A stretch of 63,019 nt of DNA, filler included. It is 3 parts of 3 records of this genome, joined end to end, with 100 filler letters (N's around TTAATTAATTAA, not from the genome) between each part and the next. Parts side by side here need not be neighbours in the genome. Positions count along the whole stretch, not along the records: positions 45,970 to 63,019 come from DRR723986_14693; 2 more parts are not named here. One strand, written 5' to 3'. This document shows, one piece after another, positions 59,883 to 63,019 of this stretch; positions within the stretch are counted from its first letter, which is position 1; every line of letters begins with the position of its first letter. The notes beneath the pieces are model-generated. The model had not been told where the DNA came from. It saw only the letters and a program-made list of their open reading frames with translations, and searched no databases. Made by a program: the position numbers and the translations under genes.

Positions 59883-60600
59883 TATAAAGCGTATTTGCTT
59901 ATGGTCTGGCCCCAGAAATATATCAACTGCATTAATGTATTCTTTTGCACAACGTAGTGATACAAAAGTCTTTGATGAGCCTTTGTATGGTTATTATTTA
60001 AAAACACATCCTGAGGCACATCAATATCACCCTGGATCAGAGGATATAATTAATACTATGGAAACAGTAGGTGATAAAGTGGTTGATATGATGCTTTCTT
60101 ATAATGAAAAACCAGTCTTATTTTTTAAACATATGACGCATCATTTATTGGGATTAGACCGCGATTTTATGAAGCAAACCATTAATATTATGCTCACAAG
60201 AGATCCTGAGGATATGTTGCCTTCCTTTGACAAAGTCATTAAAAATCCAACTATAAATGATGTGGGTTATGCTATGCATGTGGAGTTACTTAATTATTTT
60301 GAGAAAAATAAAATTCCGTTTGTTGTTTTAGATTCTAAAAAGGTACTTTTAGATCCAAAAAATACGCTCATTAAATTATGCAAATTTGCTGAAATTAAGT
60401 TTGAAGATGCTATGTTATCTTGGGTGCCGCAACGAAGGGAAGAAGATGGAATATGGGCAAAATATTGGTACAATAGTGTGCATAAATCTAGGGGGTTTTT
60501 AAAATATACAGCAAAAGATAAAACAATACCCAATCATCTCAATCAACTATTAAAAGAGTGTTTGCCATATTACAATCAGCTCATTGAATATTCTATTTAG
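59875..60600 (+). CDS. Sulfotransferase-like P-loop protein
   Basis: WSGPRNISTALM (5'-PSB-like loop), DEPLY, RDP…S (3'-PB-like), DG.WA.YWY; start overlaps the upstream gene. Confidence 0.75.
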   Translation: MDNIKRICLWSGPRNISTALMYSFAQRSDTKVFDEPLYGYYLKTHPEAHQYHPGSEDIINTMETVGDKVVDMMLSYNEKPVLFFKHMTHHLLGLDRDFMKQTINIMLTRDPEDMLPSFDKVIKNPTINDVGYAMHVELLNYFEKNKIPFVVLDSKKVLLDPKNTLIKLCKFAEIKFEDAMLSWVPQRREEDGIWAKYWYNSVHKSRGFLKYTAKDKTIPNHLNQLLKECLPYYNQLIEYSI

Positions 60601-60665
60601 CTCTTAAAAGAATTATAATTTGAGAGTTAAAAGACTAAAAATTAATTATATTTCGTTCTAAATCT

Positions 60666-61931
60666 ATGAACTTGAAGAATTATATCATCTTTGTTTTTAC
60701 GCTCTTTGTTAGTTTTAATACGTATGCTTCATACATATTGATTCCTATGGATTCAGAAACACAGGAAAATCATCTAAAAGCATATGGCGTAACCTACTGG
60801 ACCTTAGAACGCGAATTAAAAGTGAAGTGGTTACTTAATTATAGAGGAGGTTCATTTCTATTACCTGATGCAGAAATTATACAGAAAGAATGTCAAATAA
60901 GAGGAGTTTCGTTCGAGGTGATTTCAGATTCTAAAGCAGCAGAAATATTAGAGGCGATTAGTAGTCCTGCTGTTAATCAAGAAGCTGTTGTTTTAGAGAA
61001 GGCGCCTAAAATTGCAGTTTATACACCTTATGGAAAGCAACCATGGGATGATGCAGTGACTATGGTGTTAACTTATGCTGAAATTCCTTATGAAACCATA
61101 TATGATGAGGAGGTATTGAATGATGAATTATTGCTATACGATTGGTTACACTTACATCACGAAGATTTTACAGGGCAATACGGTAAATTTTATAGAACAT
61201 ATAGGTCTGCTGCTTGGTATATAGAAGAGAAAAAGGCTGCCGAAGAGCTAGCAACAAAGTTAGGATTTAGTAAGGTGTCAGAAGCAAAATTAGCTGTGGC
61301 AAATAAAATACGCGACTATGTCGTTGGTGGTGGTTTTATGTTTGCAATGTGCTCTGCAACTGATAGTTTTGATATCGCTTTATCTGCAGAAGGAGTGGAT
61401 ATTTGTGAACCCATGTTTGACGCAGACGGAAGTGATCCAGGATATCAGAATAAAATAGATTTTTCAAAAACATTTGCTTTTAAAGATTTCATTTTAGAGC
61501 AAAGTCCTAATGTTTATGAATTCTCTTCAATAGATATGACACAAAAAAGACAGATTCCAAAAACTACTGATTATTTTTCATTAATGGAATATTCAGCAAA
61601 ATGGGATCCAATACCGACTATGCTTACCCAGAATCATACAGCTTTAGTAAAAGGGTTTATGGGGCAAACTACAGCTTTTACGAGAGATCAAATAAAGTCA
61701 AATGTATTGGTAATGGGTGAAAATAGAACTAATGGTGAAGCTAAATACATTCACGGGATAAAAGGCAAAGGGTTCTTTACTTTCTATGGAGGTCATGATC
61801 CAGAAGATTATACCCATAGAGTGGGTGATCCAAAAACAGAATTAGACTTACATCCAACTTCACCAGGTTACAGATTAATATTAAACAATGTACTTTTTCC
61901 AGCAGCGAAAAAGAAAAAGCAAAAAACGTAA
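60666..61931 (+). CDS. Conserved exported protein with class I glutamine-amidotransferase-like fold
   Basis: Signal peptide (NTYA-S); PKIAVY, DWLHLHHEDFTGQ, GGFMFAMCSA nucleophile-elbow-like Cys, GGHDPED. Confidence 0.7.
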   Translation: MNLKNYIIFVFTLFVSFNTYASYILIPMDSETQENHLKAYGVTYWTLERELKVKWLLNYRGGSFLLPDAEIIQKECQIRGVSFEVISDSKAAEILEAISSPAVNQEAVVLEKAPKIAVYTPYGKQPWDDAVTMVLTYAEIPYETIYDEEVLNDELLLYDWLHLHHEDFTGQYGKFYRTYRSAAWYIEEKKAAEELATKLGFSKVSEAKLAVANKIRDYVVGGGFMFAMCSATDSFDIALSAEGVDICEPMFDADGSDPGYQNKIDFSKTFAFKDFILEQSPNVYEFSSIDMTQKRQIPKTTDYFSLMEYSAKWDPIPTMLTQNHTALVKGFMGQTTAFTRDQIKSNVLVMGENRTNGEAKYIHGIKGKGFFTFYGGHDPEDYTHRVGDPKTELDLHPTSPGYRLILNNVLFPAAKKKKQKT

Positions 61932-61939
61932 TTTTCAAA

Positions 61940-62362
61940 TTGAAATTTTATCAGAAAGAAATACGTCTTCCACAAAAACAAAGAGGATTTCATCTTATCA
62001 CATCTGAAGTATTATCGAATATTGAAGAAATTCGAGAAATTAAAATAGGCGTATTGCACGTATTTACTAAACATACTTCTGCTAGTTTATCAATAAACGA
62101 AAATGCGGATCCTACTGTTAGGGAAGATTTTGAGGCGCACATAAATAAAATGGTACCTGAGAATATGTCTTATTACAAACACATATATGAAGGGTCAGAC
62201 GATATGCCTGCTCATGTAAAATAATCTTTATTAGGGAGCTCAGTTCAAATCCCAGTGACTAATGGTAAATTGAACTTAGGTACTTGGCAAGGTATATATT
62301 TAGGCGAACATCGTAATTTTGGAGGATCAAGAAGACTTGTAATAACCTTAGTAGGAAACTAA
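61940..62362 (+). pseudogene. yjbQ: YjbQ/UPF0047 family gene interrupted by one in-frame TAA (62222-62224)
   Basis: HTSASL.INENADP, EG.DDMPAHVK* continues in frame as SLLGSSVQIP…LGTWQGIYLGEHR…GN* to give a ~140-aa YjbQ. Confidence 0.85.
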
Positions 62363-62364
62363 AC

Positions 62365-62399
62365 AAAAAAATCCGATTCAATTACGAATCGGATTTTTT
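62365..62399. terminator. Bidirectional intrinsic terminator
   Basis: AAAAAAATCCGATTC-AATTAC-GAATCGGATTTTTT between convergent yjbQ and rplT. Confidence 0.9.
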
Positions 62400-62436
62400 A
62401 CTAAGCGAAATGTTGTTATTAATTTGGCTAAAAGCC

Positions 62437-62781
62437 TTACTTAACTTTGTTTACTATAGCTTCAAAAGCTTCTGGATGATTCATAGCTAAATCTGCAAGA
62501 ACCTTACGATTCAATTCAATATTATTAGCTTTTAATTTACCCATAAATTTTGAATAACTCATTCCATGTTGTCTTGCACCTGCGTTAATACGCATAATCC
62601 ATAACGCACGGAATGTTCTTTTTTTGTTTCTACGGTCTCTATACGAATATTGCATCGCTTTGTCAACCGCATTCTTTGCTACTGTCCAAACGTTTTTACG
62701 TCTTCCGAAGTAACCTTTTGCTTGCTTAAGAACCTTTTTTCTTCTAGCTCTTTTTGCAACTGAATTTACTGATCTTGGCAT
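62437..62781 (-). CDS. rplT: 50S ribosomal protein L20
   Basis: [33 protein letters not shown]. Confidence 0.98.
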   Translation of the reverse strand: MPRSVNSVAKRARRKKVLKQAKGYFGRRKNVWTVAKNAVDKAMQYSYRDRRNKKRTFRALWIMRINAGARQHGMSYSKFMGKLKANNIELNRKVLADLAMNHPEAFEAIVNKVK

Positions 62782-62883
62782 TTCTTAATTGTTTTTTGTA
62801 GTAGGCGATCTTAAAAAGATACTTGCTAAATTATTTTGCCTAACTCCAGGGTTTATAAATTGTTTTAACCGATTAAAACTATA

Positions 62884-63019
62884 TTACTTTAAACGTAACA
62901 TTGTTTTAATGTTATCCTCATCAGATTTGTGTACCAAACCATCATGAGTTAACTTAAGCTTACGCTTTTTAGATTTTTTTGTCAGGATATGACTCTTAAA
63001 AGCGTGCTTTCTTTTGATT
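62884..63019 (-). CDS. rpmI: 50S ribosomal protein L35, 3' part (runs off window end)
   Basis: Minus strand encodes [23 protein letters not shown]…MLRLK*, upstream of rplT. Confidence 0.93.
   Translation of the reverse strand, partial: IKRKHAFKSHILTKKSKKRKLKLTHDGLVHKSDEDNIKTMLRLK

Noticed and set aside
1-63019. CRISPR arrays, rRNA genes, transposases, integrases, prophage genes
   Set aside because: No regularly spaced repeats or diagnostic motifs seen; nearly all sequence is accounted for by the listed genes

Overview
The window is not one chromosome segment. It holds three unrelated contigs joined by two artificial 100-nt linkers (44 N + TTAATTAATTAA + 44 N at 16027-16126 and 45870-45969). 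Contig 1 (1-16026, GC-rich, Planctomycete/Pirellulaceae-like by gene content) carries a TPR-ExbB-ExbD operon. Its fourth gene has a TonB/TolA-type SxxxH transmembrane helix, a ~630-aa low-complexity linker and a C-terminal prenyltransferase/squalene-cyclase-like barrel. The contig also has mutM, an enlarged AI-2E transporter and a flippase/GT2/GT-C-like glycosylation trio. Contig 2 (16127-45869, alphaproteobacterial) runs from a truncated tRNA-Leu through lipB, pccA/pccB and the degQ-rarA-crcB-rluC-HAD-ATP12 cluster to the S10-spc-alpha ribosomal cluster and the 3' end of tuf. Contig 3 (45970-63019, AT-rich, Flavobacteriaceae-like with many TAnnTTTG promoters) runs from a truncated tRNA-Lys through aroK, split transketolase, tgt, accA and dnaB to rplT/rpmI. 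It includes a fold-type IV PLP-enzyme gene whose canonical catalytic Lys and pyridine-binding Glu appear substituted, coupled to a sulfotransferase-like P-loop gene, and a yjbQ interrupted by one in-frame TAA. The best candidates for undescribed systems are the Ton/Tol-like motor with a cyclase-like effector domain and the atypical PLP-enzyme/sulfotransferase pair. No CRISPR array, rRNA or transposase was seen. All calls come from motifs read by eye; no searches were run.
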